Source: a virus
UHGV virus genome: UHGV-0785300
Direction: 5' to 3' (one strand)
Length of the DNA: 27,913 nucleotides
Shown piece by piece: positions 1-8,657 of this stretch; within the stretch, counting starts at the first letter, position 1; each line of letters begins with the position of its first letter. Below the pieces are notes generated by a model. That model saw only the letters and a list, made by a program, of their open reading frames with translations. It had not been told where the DNA came from and ran no database searches. The position numbers and the translations under genes are program-made.

Positions 1-183
1 AGCGAACCAGCATGGAAGTAATCAACGAAGTGGCCAAAGCGTCAATCCGGATTTGCTCCCGTTGAGAACAATCTTCAGGCGCGGGTTACACGCAGCCACT
101 TCAAACGCGCGGCGATAGATCATCAGCAGGTTGTTCTGGTCAAGCCTTTGACGCCCAGACGAGCATAGTCAGGGATCCAGGCG

Positions 184-411
184 ATGGATGTGCCAGGACT
201 GTTCACGAAGAAGAAATATCTGAAAGGTCTGGGTGGTAACAGCACTGAAGACTTCAAACGTATTCTAAACAACCTGGATGCGTATACTACGACGGTCACG
301 CTGGACGATGGCTACCAACAGTCACTGAAGAATGGCTTCGGTGATGAGGCTGCCGATTACCGTAAAACCTGGTTTAGCGATGTTTGCCTGTTTGAAACTG
401 AGGATGAATAA
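184..411 (+). CDS. hypothetical small protein (75 aa)
   Basis: ATG ORF ending 1 nt before the topoisomerase start; weak SD; no recognisable motif. Confidence 0.35.
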   Translation: MDVPGLFTKKKYLKGLGGNSTEDFKRILNNLDAYTTTVTLDDGYQQSLKNGFGDEAADYRKTWFSDVCLFETEDE

Positions 412-412
412 G

Positions 413-1744
413 ATGGTTGCTAAGAGCATTACTGTAACGGACTTTGTCAACACTGACCATAAGCAGTTTTCTGTGGTCAACAGCATCCGTCAAATCCCTC
501 AGCTGATTGACAGCCTCAAGCCAAGCCAGCGCAAGATCCTTTTCGCTGCTCTTGAGTACAACAAGGAGGAGATTGTTGACCGCCTTGGTATGTTCGCCGC
601 CGCTCGCACCAACTACAAGTCTGGTGGTGAGAACATGAGCGGCACTATCGTGAACATGGCTCAGGGGTTCCCAGGCACGAACAACATCCCGTACTTTGAC
701 CGCGATGGCCAGTTTGGTTCTATCATGGGGCGTGATGCTTCATCTGCCCGATACATATCCGTCGCTGTATCTGACGTTATCCGCAAGATCTTCCGCAAGG
801 AGGATGAGGGTATTTTGGAATACAACTACCTTGGTGAAGAAAGACTGGAGCCGAAGTTCTTTCTGCCCATCCTACCCATGTTCCTGGTGAATGGGATCAA
901 TGGTATCGGCACCGGATATTCCACCGACACCCCGTGTCATTGCGTTAAGTCCGTGCTGAATGCCCTGAGAGCGCTTCTCCGTGGCGAAGACCCGAAAGAC
1001 TTAAAACCGTACTGGAACGGCTTCAAAGGAGAGACAGGCTATACTGAGGAAGGAAGAGCATACAGTCGCGGCATCTTCCGTCGCGTCAATGCCACGACCC
1101 TGCATATCACCGAAGTCCCAGTGGGTTGGTTTGCCAAGACCTATGAGACCAAGGTGTTGCTGCCTCTGTACAAGGCTGGTATCCTCACCGAGTACGCCAA
1201 CGACACGACAGAAGATGGCTGGGATATCACGGTTGTGTTTAAGCGCGGCGAACTCTCTAAGCTGAGTGACGAGCAGGTTGAGCAGATGTTCAAGCTGTAT
1301 TCAGCCACCAAGCCTGTGTGGACAGCATGGGATGAAGACGGTGTTATTCATCGTTATTCTGGTTGGCGGGACATGTTGCTGCCGTTCTTCAATTATCGCC
1401 TGTCACGGTACGAAGACCGTCGCCAGTATCTGTTGAAGGACATGGCAGACAGGATCCGCAAGCTGGGTGACCGGGCGGTGTTCATTGAATGGGCGACGCG
1501 TGTTGATCTCCGCCAAAAGATTGACGTGCTGAAGTCTCTGTTCATGCAGGACTACCCGGACTTTGGTGGTGATCTTGACGAGTTGTTCAAGATGCCTCTG
1601 TCGTCTATTACTCTGGACGCCCGTGAGCGCCTACTCAAGCAGATTGAGAACCTTGAAGCACAACATAAGGAATTAAGTAAGAAAGAGGACATCGATCTTT
1701 ACACTGAAGACCTTGATGACCTTGAAAAGGCTCTTGGCCTATAA
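413..1744 (+). CDS. DNA topoisomerase II, GyrA-like DNA-cleavage subunit (T4 gp52-like)
   Basis: Motifs IPQLIDSLKPSQRKIL, FGSxxGRDASSARYISV (active-site Tyr context) and FFLPILPMFLVNGINGIGTGYST match the gp52/GyrA N-terminal pattern; GAGGA SD 10 nt upstream of ATG 413. The track start at 332 is in frame but overlaps the upstream ORF and gives an overlong N-terminus. Confidence 0.8.
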   Translation: MVAKSITVTDFVNTDHKQFSVVNSIRQIPQLIDSLKPSQRKILFAALEYNKEEIVDRLGMFAAARTNYKSGGENMSGTIVNMAQGFPGTNNIPYFDRDGQFGSIMGRDASSARYISVAVSDVIRKIFRKEDEGILEYNYLGEERLEPKFFLPILPMFLVNGINGIGTGYSTDTPCHCVKSVLNALRALLRGEDPKDLKPYWNGFKGETGYTEEGRAYSRGIFRRVNATTLHITEVPVGWFAKTYETKVLLPLYKAGILTEYANDTTEDGWDITVVFKRGELSKLSDEQVEQMFKLYSATKPVWTAWDEDGVIHRYSGWRDMLLPFFNYRLSRYEDRRQYLLKDMADRIRKLGDRAVFIEWATRVDLRQKIDVLKSLFMQDYPDFGGDLDELFKMPLSSITLDARERLLKQIENLEAQHKELSKKEDIDLYTEDLDDLEKALGL

Positions 1745-1748
1745 CATC

Positions 1749-1766
1749 GGAGGGGTTCGCCCCTCC
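1749..1766 (+). promoter_or_regulatory. intercistronic GC-rich stem-loop (GGAGGGG-UUCG-CCCCUCC), no U-tract
   Basis: Perfect 7-bp inverted repeat with a UUCG tetraloop 4 nt after the topoisomerase stop; a GGAGGG SD for the next ORF follows. Confidence 0.4.
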
Positions 1767-1785
1767 TCACCTGGAGGGTTGTGCT

Positions 1786-2073
1786 ATGTTCTATCTCCGT
1801 TCTGCAGCACCTATGGTATTCATCATTTTCCTATTTGATTTCCTGGTTCCTCGCTTTATCAAAGAGGAGGTAGCGTTTGGTCTCTATGGTGAGACGGAAG
1901 ACCCAGAGGTCGATGAATATTACCCAATGTGCGCCCTGAAAGATATCGAGGAAGGGGAAGATGTTGCAATGGTCGGCACCATGCGTTCTTTCAATCTGTT
2001 TGGGCTTGCACTCTTTCCGAAACTGGTTGGTGAACTGCGCCCCTACGTTCCTGAAGCCACTGTAGATGGTTGA
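1786..2073 (+). CDS. hypothetical protein (95 aa)
   Basis: ORF with GGAGGG SD 9 nt upstream; no recognisable motif. Confidence 0.4.
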   Translation: MFYLRSAAPMVFIIFLFDFLVPRFIKEEVAFGLYGETEDPEVDEYYPMCALKDIEEGEDVAMVGTMRSFNLFGLALFPKLVGELRPYVPEATVDG

Positions 2074-2112
2074 TCATAACATAGCTTCTGAGCCCTAAAC
2101 TTCTGTCTATGG

Positions 2113-2388
2113 ATGATTCCTTGTATTTTCATTGTCCTGGGTGTGATATACTTCATCTGTATCGCATTAAGGGCGAAATCCAAGGTCTTGATGTGGATGT
2201 GGAACAACAATATTATTGAGCCTACGTTCACACCGAGCCTGCTGGTGAATGCATCTGATCCAGCATCACGTTGCCATCTGTTCCTGACCGACGGCAAAAT
2301 ACAATTCCTCGGCGACTGTTTCCATGATCTGAAGAACCAGACAGTGGATATGGTCGACATCTCTGAACCTGAAATTTGGATTGAATAG
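2113..2388 (+). CDS. hypothetical protein with hydrophobic N-terminus (91 aa)
   Basis: ATG ORF in operon context; N-terminal hydrophobic stretch IPCIFIVLGVIYFICIAL. Confidence 0.4.
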   Translation: MIPCIFIVLGVIYFICIALRAKSKVLMWMWNNNIIEPTFTPSLLVNASDPASRCHLFLTDGKIQFLGDCFHDLKNQTVDMVDISEPEIWIE

Positions 2389-2391
2389 ATT

Positions 2392-2802
2392 ATGAAATTA
2401 CTGGGATATTTTCGTGAACTCCCAACGGGCACTGAAGGCAAGTTGTTCTCACAGGTGAAAGGGGATGACATCGGCGATACGATGATTCCATTGTACACTC
2501 GTGAACTTCCTGTCGAAGGTGCCTGGGAGCGCCGTGTGGTCGCTGCCGCCAACAAATATGGTGATGTAATCGTCGTTGCTGACCGTCACCACAGCCGATT
2601 CATGAACAGCCAGCTCAAGATCCTGAAAGAAGCAGGCGTCATTAAATCCACCCATACCCGCGAACAGGGCTTCATCGACAACCAGGGCAACTTCCTCACT
2701 CGTGAAGAGGCGTGCATCGTAGCCCGTGAAGCTGGACAGATTAATCAGGTGCGCCTGAAGACAACCCCTTTCCGCGAACTCTTTTCCGAAGACCTCTATT
2801 GA
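2392..2802 (+). CDS. hypothetical protein (136 aa)
   Basis: ORF 4 nt after the previous stop; no confident motif. Confidence 0.4.
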   Translation: MKLLGYFRELPTGTEGKLFSQVKGDDIGDTMIPLYTRELPVEGAWERRVVAAANKYGDVIVVADRHHSRFMNSQLKILKEAGVIKSTHTREQGFIDNQGNFLTREEACIVAREAGQINQVRLKTTPFRELFSEDLY

Positions 2803-2809
2803 AGAAAAA

Positions 2810-2827
2810 GGCGGTATTATTACCGCC
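2810..2827. terminator. stem-loop GGCGGTA-TTAT-TACCGCC flanked by an A-run (5') and a weak T-rich tract (3')
   Basis: 7-bp perfect inverted repeat 8 nt after the stop at 2802; U-tract weak on the + strand, better on the - strand. Confidence 0.3.
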
Positions 2828-2852
2828 TCGACCTCTTGTTTGGTAACATCAA

Positions 2853-3095
2853 ATGAACCCAGAATTTGAAAATCTGTTCGAGCGATGCTTCGAACCAGGT
2901 TCTGTGTCCGGTTACATGGACCGCCTTTGTACTGCCATTGTAATACGCCTTGCTGCCAAGGGTATCGTTGTCAACACCATTATCCGCAATGGGAACAACT
3001 TTATCATGCAGATGACTGATTATCACCACCGCACAGGCATCATCCAGGTGTCATGTGTTGACAACAGCATTATTGAATGGAGACAGTACGCATGA
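2853..3095 (+). CDS. hypothetical protein (80 aa)
   Basis: ORF whose stop overlaps the next start (ATGA at 3092-3095). Confidence 0.35.
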   Translation: MNPEFENLFERCFEPGSVSGYMDRLCTAIVIRLAAKGIVVNTIIRNGNNFIMQMTDYHHRTGIIQVSCVDNSIIEWRQYA

Positions 3096-3709
3096 CAACC
3101 TATGTAATCAATGGCGGCGATTTACTGAAAGCCGCCTGTAGCTTCAATCTGATCGACATCTTTGCCCACGGTGCCAACTGTTGGTCTACCATGGGCGCTG
3201 GTATTGCCCTGCACATCGGTAACAACTTCCCAGCCCTGCGTGAAGTCGATGCTAACGACCCTCGTGGTCCAGAGCAACGCCTGGGTGGCATGTCCTATGC
3301 ATTTGACCACAGCACTGGTGTCTGGGGTGCGAACCTCTACACTCAGTTTTATCCAGGTCCGAATGCTCGCATGCCGTCTGTCATCAGTTCTGTTCAGACC
3401 CTGTTTGAGCAGGTGCATGAAATTGTGGAAGCAACTAAAGACGAAACTGTCTATGTCGGCCTGCCTGCTATCGGCTGTGGCATCGGCGGTCTGAATCTGT
3501 ATGACGTTGTCCGCCAGGTGGAAGCGCTGGCTGAAACCCTGTATGAAGACACTCGCTGCCGGGTTGTCCCCGTGTTCTACATCATGGAAGTAGACAAGTT
3601 TGCGGAAGACATGGAAAATCTGAACGCGCTGGACGATGATATCAACGTCGTCGATTCTGAAGAAGAAATTATCCGGGTGGAGGGGGTGAATAATGATATG
3701 CGCGTTTGA
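3092..3709 (+). CDS. macro-domain (ADP-ribose binding/hydrolase-like) protein
   Basis: YVINGGDLLKA...DIFAHGANCWSTMGAGIAL resembles the macro-domain NAAN..GGGV..AI phosphate-binding loop, and VYVGLPAIGCGIGGL resembles the second loop (FPAIStGvyG); start set at the ATG coupled to the upstream stop with a GGAGACAG SD. Confidence 0.6.
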   Translation: MTTYVINGGDLLKAACSFNLIDIFAHGANCWSTMGAGIALHIGNNFPALREVDANDPRGPEQRLGGMSYAFDHSTGVWGANLYTQFYPGPNARMPSVISSVQTLFEQVHEIVEATKDETVYVGLPAIGCGIGGLNLYDVVRQVEALAETLYEDTRCRVVPVFYIMEVDKFAEDMENLNALDDDINVVDSEEEIIRVEGVNNDMRV

Positions 3710-3944
3710 TCAAGAATTTTATAAAAAGGTCAATATCCTAAAACTTGTCATGTCTGGATCTAGTTCGAAAGAAGTATCAGAAATTTATTGTATTTCACAG
3801 GCCAGGGTGAGCCAGATTTTGAGGGAAACTATAGGGTTACTTTGCCCAGAGATAGAAATTAAGCGCGTCAACAAAAAGTTCATTGATGAAAATTATTATA
3901 CAGTAAAAGCCAAAATAAAGTGTTGGGAGAATAAACATGTATAA
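3693..3944 (+). CDS. small helix-turn-helix DNA-binding protein (83 aa), AT-rich gene
   Basis: HTH-like segment SKEVSEIYCISQARVSQILRE; strong SD GGAGGGGGTGA upstream; visibly lower G+C than neighbours. Confidence 0.45.
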   Translation: MICAFDQEFYKKVNILKLVMSGSSSKEVSEIYCISQARVSQILRETIGLLCPEIEIKRVNKKFIDENYYTVKAKIKCWENKHV

Positions 3945-4569
3945 ATCAAATTTTTTGGCTGTGGCCGACAGTGAAACCTTGGGGCGCTGGGATGATGCAG
4001 TCATGCTGTCTTGGGCACACACCATCGCCGACCTGACCAAGCGTTATACTCTTCAGCAGCTGGTTGAGGAGCGCACGACGTTCATTAAGCTGAATGTCAA
4101 AGAGCAGCTCGAACTTGGTCGCGTGAAGGACCAGGGGACGGTAGAATGGTGGTTGGGGGCGGGTAAACGTAACCCGTGTGATGCGGCTCGCGCCGTCAGT
4201 CTGTATCCCAAGGAAGATGACATCTCTATCTTCCAATTGGCCGATGAAATCCGCAAGGGTTGTCATCGTCTTGGGGTAGACCCGCGCTCGGTTGACTGGT
4301 GTGACCGTAACCTGTTTGATCTGCGCAAGGCTCAGCACATCATTGAGGTGACGTGTAAGCAGGACTCCAACGAGCCTTGGGATTACCACCACACCTTCGA
4401 CATCGTGAGTTGGCTGAAGGGTGTTGGACAGCAGGATCGGTATGCTGGTATCAAGGCGTGGGAACTGGAAGGTATGGTCTATCATGACCCTCGTTATGAC
4501 GCTGCGCTTGACTGGCTGCGTATTCAGAAGACCATGGAAGATCTGATGGGTCTGGAAGTGAAAGAATGA
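3937..4569 (+). CDS. DEDDh-family 3'-5' exonuclease (DexA-like)
   Basis: Exo motif I FLAVADSETLG (D-x-E), later acidic residues and motif III YHDPRYDA (H-x4-D); SD GGGAGAA upstream. Confidence 0.55.
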   Translation: MYKSNFLAVADSETLGRWDDAVMLSWAHTIADLTKRYTLQQLVEERTTFIKLNVKEQLELGRVKDQGTVEWWLGAGKRNPCDAARAVSLYPKEDDISIFQLADEIRKGCHRLGVDPRSVDWCDRNLFDLRKAQHIIEVTCKQDSNEPWDYHHTFDIVSWLKGVGQQDRYAGIKAWELEGMVYHDPRYDAALDWLRIQKTMEDLMGLEVKE

Positions 4570-4868
4570 TATTCTTCACAGTTATTGGCGCTATCGTAAC
4601 AGCTGGGGTGTTCGCAGCCATATTGGGCTACCTGTACTTCATGTTCCTTCATCCGTTATTTCAGGCGTTCAGTCTCACGAATTGGTACTTGGCCTGCCTA
4701 AAGGCCGACGGCGGCATGAACATGGCCTCTCTTCCTTACTGGCGGCTGGTGGCGCATTACTACACGGTCGGTGGCTGGCCTGGGGAAAGGACATGGAACT
4801 CTATCGGTGAGTGGTATGGAATAGGTCGATGGCGTATATTCCCTGATGAAGACGATCAAGCCCCGTGA
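4566..4868 (+). CDS. small membrane protein (100 aa)
   Basis: ATGA overlap with the upstream stop; N-terminal hydrophobic helix IFFTVIGAIVTAGVFAAILGYLYFMF. Confidence 0.4.
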   Translation: MIFFTVIGAIVTAGVFAAILGYLYFMFLHPLFQAFSLTNWYLACLKADGGMNMASLPYWRLVAHYYTVGGWPGERTWNSIGEWYGIGRWRIFPDEDDQAP

Positions 4869-4880
4869 GGGGCTTTTCTA
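4859..4880 (+). terminator. rho-independent terminator (AGCCCC-GUGA-GGGGCU followed by UUUUCU)
   Basis: 6-bp GC stem overlapping the stop at 4866-4868, followed by a T-run; the next gene has its own strong SD. Confidence 0.5.
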
Positions 4881-4932
4881 TATCCGGGATAGAGTATCAT
4901 TGGTTCACCAACGAATCCTCGGGAGAGGCGAT

Positions 4933-5274
4933 ATGAAACGTTCGGTTGTTGTAAATGACATCACGAGATTGATAAACCTTGTCAAAGATGTGTTTCCACA
5001 ACAGGTGGATGTCGAGTACGTGGGGAAGAACGGGAAGTGTTACCAGGTCGCTCTGTTGTTGAAGCACGTGTACCCTCAAGCAGAGATCCATTACAGTCAG
5101 ATTGAAGGTCATGTGTATACTCTGATTGATGGGCATTACTACGACATCGACGGCATCCACTTCAGTGTCCCACCGGACACGTGTTTGCTCGAACACAACA
5201 GAGGCCATAAACCCCATCGCTGGCATAAAGGGTTTGTGAACGTACCGATTTTAGAATGGTTGAGGAGACCATAA
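4933..5274 (+). CDS. hypothetical protein (113 aa)
   Basis: Internal ATG with strong SD GGGAGAGG, downstream of the terminator; an in-frame ATG at 4846 is also possible. Confidence 0.4.
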   Translation: MKRSVVVNDITRLINLVKDVFPQQVDVEYVGKNGKCYQVALLLKHVYPQAEIHYSQIEGHVYTLIDGHYYDIDGIHFSVPPDTCLLEHNRGHKPHRWHKGFVNVPILEWLRRP

Positions 5275-5834
5275 TGGCAGGAATTGTGAAGTATCTGGGC
5301 GACACCCACCTCGGACACAAGAAGATCTTCAAGCCCCGTGGGTTCGATACCCAAGAGGCGCATGATGCTGCAGTCATCGACACGATCTTCCAGGGAATGA
5401 AGTCTCGAGACGTCCTTGAACTTGCAGGCGACATCTGCTTCATCGGGGCTGAGGGGTTCATTCGCCTGATGCGCGAGGGTGCCAAGCGGAATATTGATGA
5501 GTTCAAGCGCCGCCCGGTTCCCGATGACTGGCGACCGAACTTTATCATCAGGGTGGCGCAAGGCAACCATGACAGCTTCAAGATGTTGATGCAGCTGTAT
5601 CAAGAGGGATGGATTAGCTCCTTTGGTGCGATGTATGAGCGTGATACTCCGGTTGGTCGTGTGCTGACCACTCACGTTCCTTATCAATTAGACCGCTGGG
5701 CGTATAATATCCATGGTCATCTTCACGAAAATATTCGCGAAGAGCGCGAATACCTGAACTGTAGTTGGGAACAATTCAAGCGCCCTGTAACCCTGTCTGA
5801 GTTGTTATACACCAATCTGGGGATTGAAATATGA
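5274..5834 (+). CDS. calcineurin-like metallophosphoesterase
   Basis: Metallophosphoesterase motif series GDTHLGH, AGDICF, GNHD, GHLH; TAATG overlap with the upstream stop and GAGGAGA SD. Confidence 0.6.
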   Translation: MAGIVKYLGDTHLGHKKIFKPRGFDTQEAHDAAVIDTIFQGMKSRDVLELAGDICFIGAEGFIRLMREGAKRNIDEFKRRPVPDDWRPNFIIRVAQGNHDSFKMLMQLYQEGWISSFGAMYERDTPVGRVLTTHVPYQLDRWAYNIHGHLHENIREEREYLNCSWEQFKRPVTLSELLYTNLGIEI

Positions 5835-6148
5835 AAATTTATTTTCCTGGCCAAAAAGTGCCTTCTGAAGTGCAGAAGGTCACAATCACAGGCTACCGGA
5901 AAGGGGATCCATATCTGCGCTTCTCCTCTCCATGTATCGTGAAGCAAACTAAAACGGGTTATTATATCAGGCCGATTGTGTTGATGGGCTGTGTAATGAC
6001 ATTCAGAGCTTCCTGTGAACACGTTCTTATACAAGGAAGTCCGAACATCGAAGGTGGAGAAACCCACACGAACTGCAAGCCGATTATCCCGACATGGTTG
6101 ATTATTGGTGTGCTTTCCGTTTTAGCTCTGAAAGGAGTATTGTCATGA
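5831..6148 (+). CDS. hypothetical protein with C-terminal hydrophobic segment (105 aa)
   Basis: ATGA start-stop overlap at both ends; C-terminal [16 protein letters not shown]. Confidence 0.4.
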   Translation: MKIYFPGQKVPSEVQKVTITGYRKGDPYLRFSSPCIVKQTKTGYYIRPIVLMGCVMTFRASCEHVLIQGSPNIEGGETHTNCKPIIPTWLIIGVLSVLALKGVLS

Positions 6149-6474
6149 AAAAGCCACGCATCACAGGACATCAACTCTGCGTCCTTTTAGGAATGTTGAA
6201 CTTTGAGAAAGGTCATTGCTGTTATGGTGAATGGTACTTTCATCCCAAATCCTGGACCAATGACAAGGGCAACACCGTCTGGACGTTCCGGGTATGTCCG
6301 AACGCTGGTGGTTTCACCTCCGTCAAAGGCAACCCCCGCACAGGGGCTTCCCTGCTCGCCAAGGGGTTGATCGAACCAGCTGGCTCAATGGTTCATGACG
6401 GTTCTTACGTGAACTGGCCGAACACTGAGGTGACGTTCTATCGCCTGACCGAACTCGGTAAATCTTATCTCTGA
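6145..6474 (+). CDS. hypothetical protein (109 aa)
   Basis: Start at the ATG (MKKPRITG) with AAAGGAG SD; the track start at 6094 overlaps the upstream gene. Confidence 0.4.
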   Translation: MKKPRITGHQLCVLLGMLNFEKGHCCYGEWYFHPKSWTNDKGNTVWTFRVCPNAGGFTSVKGNPRTGASLLAKGLIEPAGSMVHDGSYVNWPNTEVTFYRLTELGKSYL

Positions 6475-6497
6475 ATAAAGATTCAGCGGTTATTGAA

Positions 6498-6528
6498 GAA
6501 GGGGAGTATATACTCCCCTTCGTTTATT
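6498..6528 (+). terminator. rho-independent terminator (GAAGGGGAGU-AUAU-ACUCCCCUUC then GUUUAUU)
   Basis: Perfect 10-bp inverted repeat 24 nt after the stop at 6474, followed by a T-rich tract. Confidence 0.55.
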
Positions 6529-6542
6529 AAGAGGAACCGGAA

Positions 6543-6857
6543 ATGACCCCATTAAAAGAAATGTATGAGCGCCTGGCTGAACTGCAGGCGAAGGAAAAGC
6601 GCTTCTCAGAAGAAGAGACAGAGCTGTCCGAGCTGAACACTTTGATCGCCACTCGCGAGAAGTACCTGCAGCGCTACATTAATCACCCGCCGCGCATGGT
6701 AGACCGCGTCAGCACTATCATGGACCTGGATGAAGTTACTCCTGGCAAAGAAATCATTGTCAGGGAAGTCCACCAGATGGTCGCCATGGGTCAGATCTTT
6801 GGTCGTGCAGACCAAGACGACATGATCTTCCTCCTTGAAAAGAAACTGGTGATGTGA
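6543..6857 (+). CDS. hypothetical protein (104 aa)
   Basis: AAGAGGAA SD; stop overlaps the next ATG (TGATG). Confidence 0.45.
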   Translation: MTPLKEMYERLAELQAKEKRFSEEETELSELNTLIATREKYLQRYINHPPRMVDRVSTIMDLDEVTPGKEIIVREVHQMVAMGQIFGRADQDDMIFLLEKKLVM

Positions 6858-7363
6858 TGGCTATCAAACCCCGTATGTTATTTGCGCATATGCGCTCGGC
6901 TCATGCATACGCTCTGTCCAGCTATGCCCAGCGCCTGAAGGTTGGCTGTGTTATCGTTGACCCACGTGTTGACCAACCCCTGTCTATCGGTTGGAACGGG
7001 ACTGCTCCTGGCGCTCCTAATGTCTGTGAGAAGGAAGTAGACGGTCAACTGGTATCGGTGGGTGTTATCCACGCCGAGGAGAATGCTCTGAGCAAACTCC
7101 CCCAGCACACCGAAGACTGTTGTGGTCTGGTGATGTTTGTCACTCATAGTCCATGCCCAGAGTGCACCCGTCGTATTATCGACAGTGGCAAGATCGCTAA
7201 AGTGTTCTATGACCGACCATATCGTATCATAGACGGCATTATTGAAATGCTGGCTGCTGGGATTGAAGTATATCGCATGGTCGATCAGATTGTTGTAGTC
7301 CAGCATTCTGTGAAGAACGGCGAACTGGTATCCACCCCTGTTTTAGTGAACCCTGACAAATAA
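6857..7363 (+). CDS. cd: dCMP deaminase (cytidine/deoxycytidylate deaminase zinc-binding family)
   Basis: Zinc-binding motifs VIHAEENAL (H-A-E) and SPCPECTRRI (PCxxC); start set at ATG 6857 (the track start at 6854 is GTG). Confidence 0.75.
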   Translation: MAIKPRMLFAHMRSAHAYALSSYAQRLKVGCVIVDPRVDQPLSIGWNGTAPGAPNVCEKEVDGQLVSVGVIHAEENALSKLPQHTEDCCGLVMFVTHSPCPECTRRIIDSGKIAKVFYDRPYRIIDGIIEMLAAGIEVYRMVDQIVVVQHSVKNGELVSTPVLVNPDK

Positions 7364-7373
7364 GGAATTTATC

Positions 7374-7781
7374 ATGCGTTATGTAGATCGTATGCTCGGC
7401 AAAGACGAGCACGTTATTGCCTTCACCCGCCCGACTTGGTGGAGCGGTTTTTGGATTTACGTTCTGGTTATTTTAACGTTTATCCCAACATTTGGATTCA
7501 GCTTGTTATTTCTGATACCAACAATTTTAAATGTATTGACAACTGAATTCGCTGTGACTAACAAGCGCGTCATCGTCAAACGTGGTTTCATCCGTCGTGA
7601 TGCTGATGAGTTGCGCATTGGTAAGGTGGAGACAGTGAAGGTTGATCAGTCCATCACAGGCCGCATCTTGGGCTTCTCAACAATCAGCGTGATCGGTACG
7701 GGCGGCACCCACCTGCTGGCCAAGGGTTGTGCTGGTGGTAATGCGTTCCGCCAGAAGATCTACGATCACCTAGAAGACTGA
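7374..7781 (+). CDS. membrane protein with bacterial PH (YdbT/DUF304-like) domain
   Basis: Hairpin of two TM helices (WWSGFWIYVLVILTFIPTFGFSLLFLIPTIL) then a beta-rich segment resembling the bPH domain; AAGGAA SD. Confidence 0.45.
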   Translation: MRYVDRMLGKDEHVIAFTRPTWWSGFWIYVLVILTFIPTFGFSLLFLIPTILNVLTTEFAVTNKRVIVKRGFIRRDADELRIGKVETVKVDQSITGRILGFSTISVIGTGGTHLLAKGCAGGNAFRQKIYDHLED

Positions 7782-7783
7782 TC

Positions 7784-7996
7784 ATGATCATTTCAGGTTA
7801 CACCATCGATCTTTATTGTGAATGCTCAGATTGCAAGGCATGCAGTTGGGCTTGGGAAGAGCATCACCCCAAGTGCGGGTTCAAACAATACACTGGTGAG
7901 ACTTGGGGTGAGTGTGTCAAACAGGCGCGAGCAGACGGCTGGCAAATTGGGCGCGACAGGCATACCTGTTACGCCCCTGACCACAAGAGAAGTTAA
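7784..7996 (+). CDS. small Cys-rich protein (70 aa), putative zinc-binding
   Basis: CxCxxCxxC...HHxxC...C spacing; ATG 2 nt after the upstream stop; 3' end overlaps the convergent gene by 4 nt. Confidence 0.35.
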   Translation: MIISGYTIDLYCECSDCKACSWAWEEHHPKCGFKQYTGETWGECVKQARADGWQIGRDRHTCYAPDHKRS

Positions 7997-8607
7997 GGTA
8001 AGAGCAGTCCATCATCCCGCTCCGTTGGGGCGGGTTTAATCTCCTTCCGCATCTGTTCCTTCAGCACCCTGACACGCTCAGCATGGCGACGGTCTTGCAT
8101 CTCCATATCCCGTTTCTTTTTCGACTTCAATTCGAACTGTTTACGAACATCCGGATCTTCACCCGGAACAAGATGCTCTTCGGTCCATATAATGAACTTC
8201 CAGTTCTTCTTGGCACACAGTTCGCGGGTGGCCTCCCACTTGGCAGAATTGACCAACCAGGTTCGCATCGCATTGTTGAATGTCGACTCCTTCATGTTCG
8301 GAGTCTTCTTCGGCTGCTTGATCTGGTCTTTGGGCTTGATCTCAATGAGGGTGACCTGTAGTTCCTCTTGCCCTTCACGGCGCGTCCAGACCTTGAGGTC
8401 CATGAAGTAACGATGGGTGCGCCCGTCGACTGGGGAAATGTAAGGGATTACGGTCTCCTCACTAGACCACTTCACTATCGCGGAGTTCATATCACAGAAC
8501 TTGAAAGCCACCAACTCCAGCGAAGAGCGGAAGATGATGTTATTCACATTCCCCTGATACTTCTTGGGATTAACCGGGGTGTACTTCCCCTGAAGATAGT
8601 TGCTCAT
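7993..8607 (-). CDS. putative head completion protein (T4 gp4-like), PD-(D/E)xK nuclease fold with basic/acidic C-terminal tail
   Basis: Remembered gp4-family pattern NIIFRSSLE...FKFCD...VKWSSEExVIPYxSPVDGRxHRYFMD...LIEIKP (D...E-x-K nuclease-type motif). Confidence 0.4.
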   Translation of the reverse strand: MSNYLQGKYTPVNPKKYQGNVNNIIFRSSLELVAFKFCDMNSAIVKWSSEETVIPYISPVDGRTHRYFMDLKVWTRREGQEELQVTLIEIKPKDQIKQPKKTPNMKESTFNNAMRTWLVNSAKWEATRELCAKKNWKFIIWTEEHLVPGEDPDVRKQFELKSKKKRDMEMQDRRHAERVRVLKEQMRKEIKPAPTERDDGLLLP

Positions 8608-8657
8608 AATCTAGTCCTAAATAGCCATAACACTCTATCTATTTAAGGGCTGAGACC

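Noticed and set aside
3-65. Possible 3' end of an upstream gene entering the window (frame 3, ...MEVINEVAKASIRICSR stop)
   Set aside because: Only about 20 codons are visible and no motif is present, so it is too short to support a call.
332-412. Upstream in-frame ATG at 332 as the topoisomerase start (track ORF 332..1744)
   Set aside because: It would overlap the 184..411 ORF by 80 nt and add about 27 residues before the conserved N-terminus; the ATG at 413 has a GAGGA SD and follows the upstream stop by 1 nt.
2043-2555. 170-aa minus-strand ORF spanning three plus-strand genes
   Set aside because: It crosses two intergenic junctions of coupled plus-strand genes; not credible as a gene.
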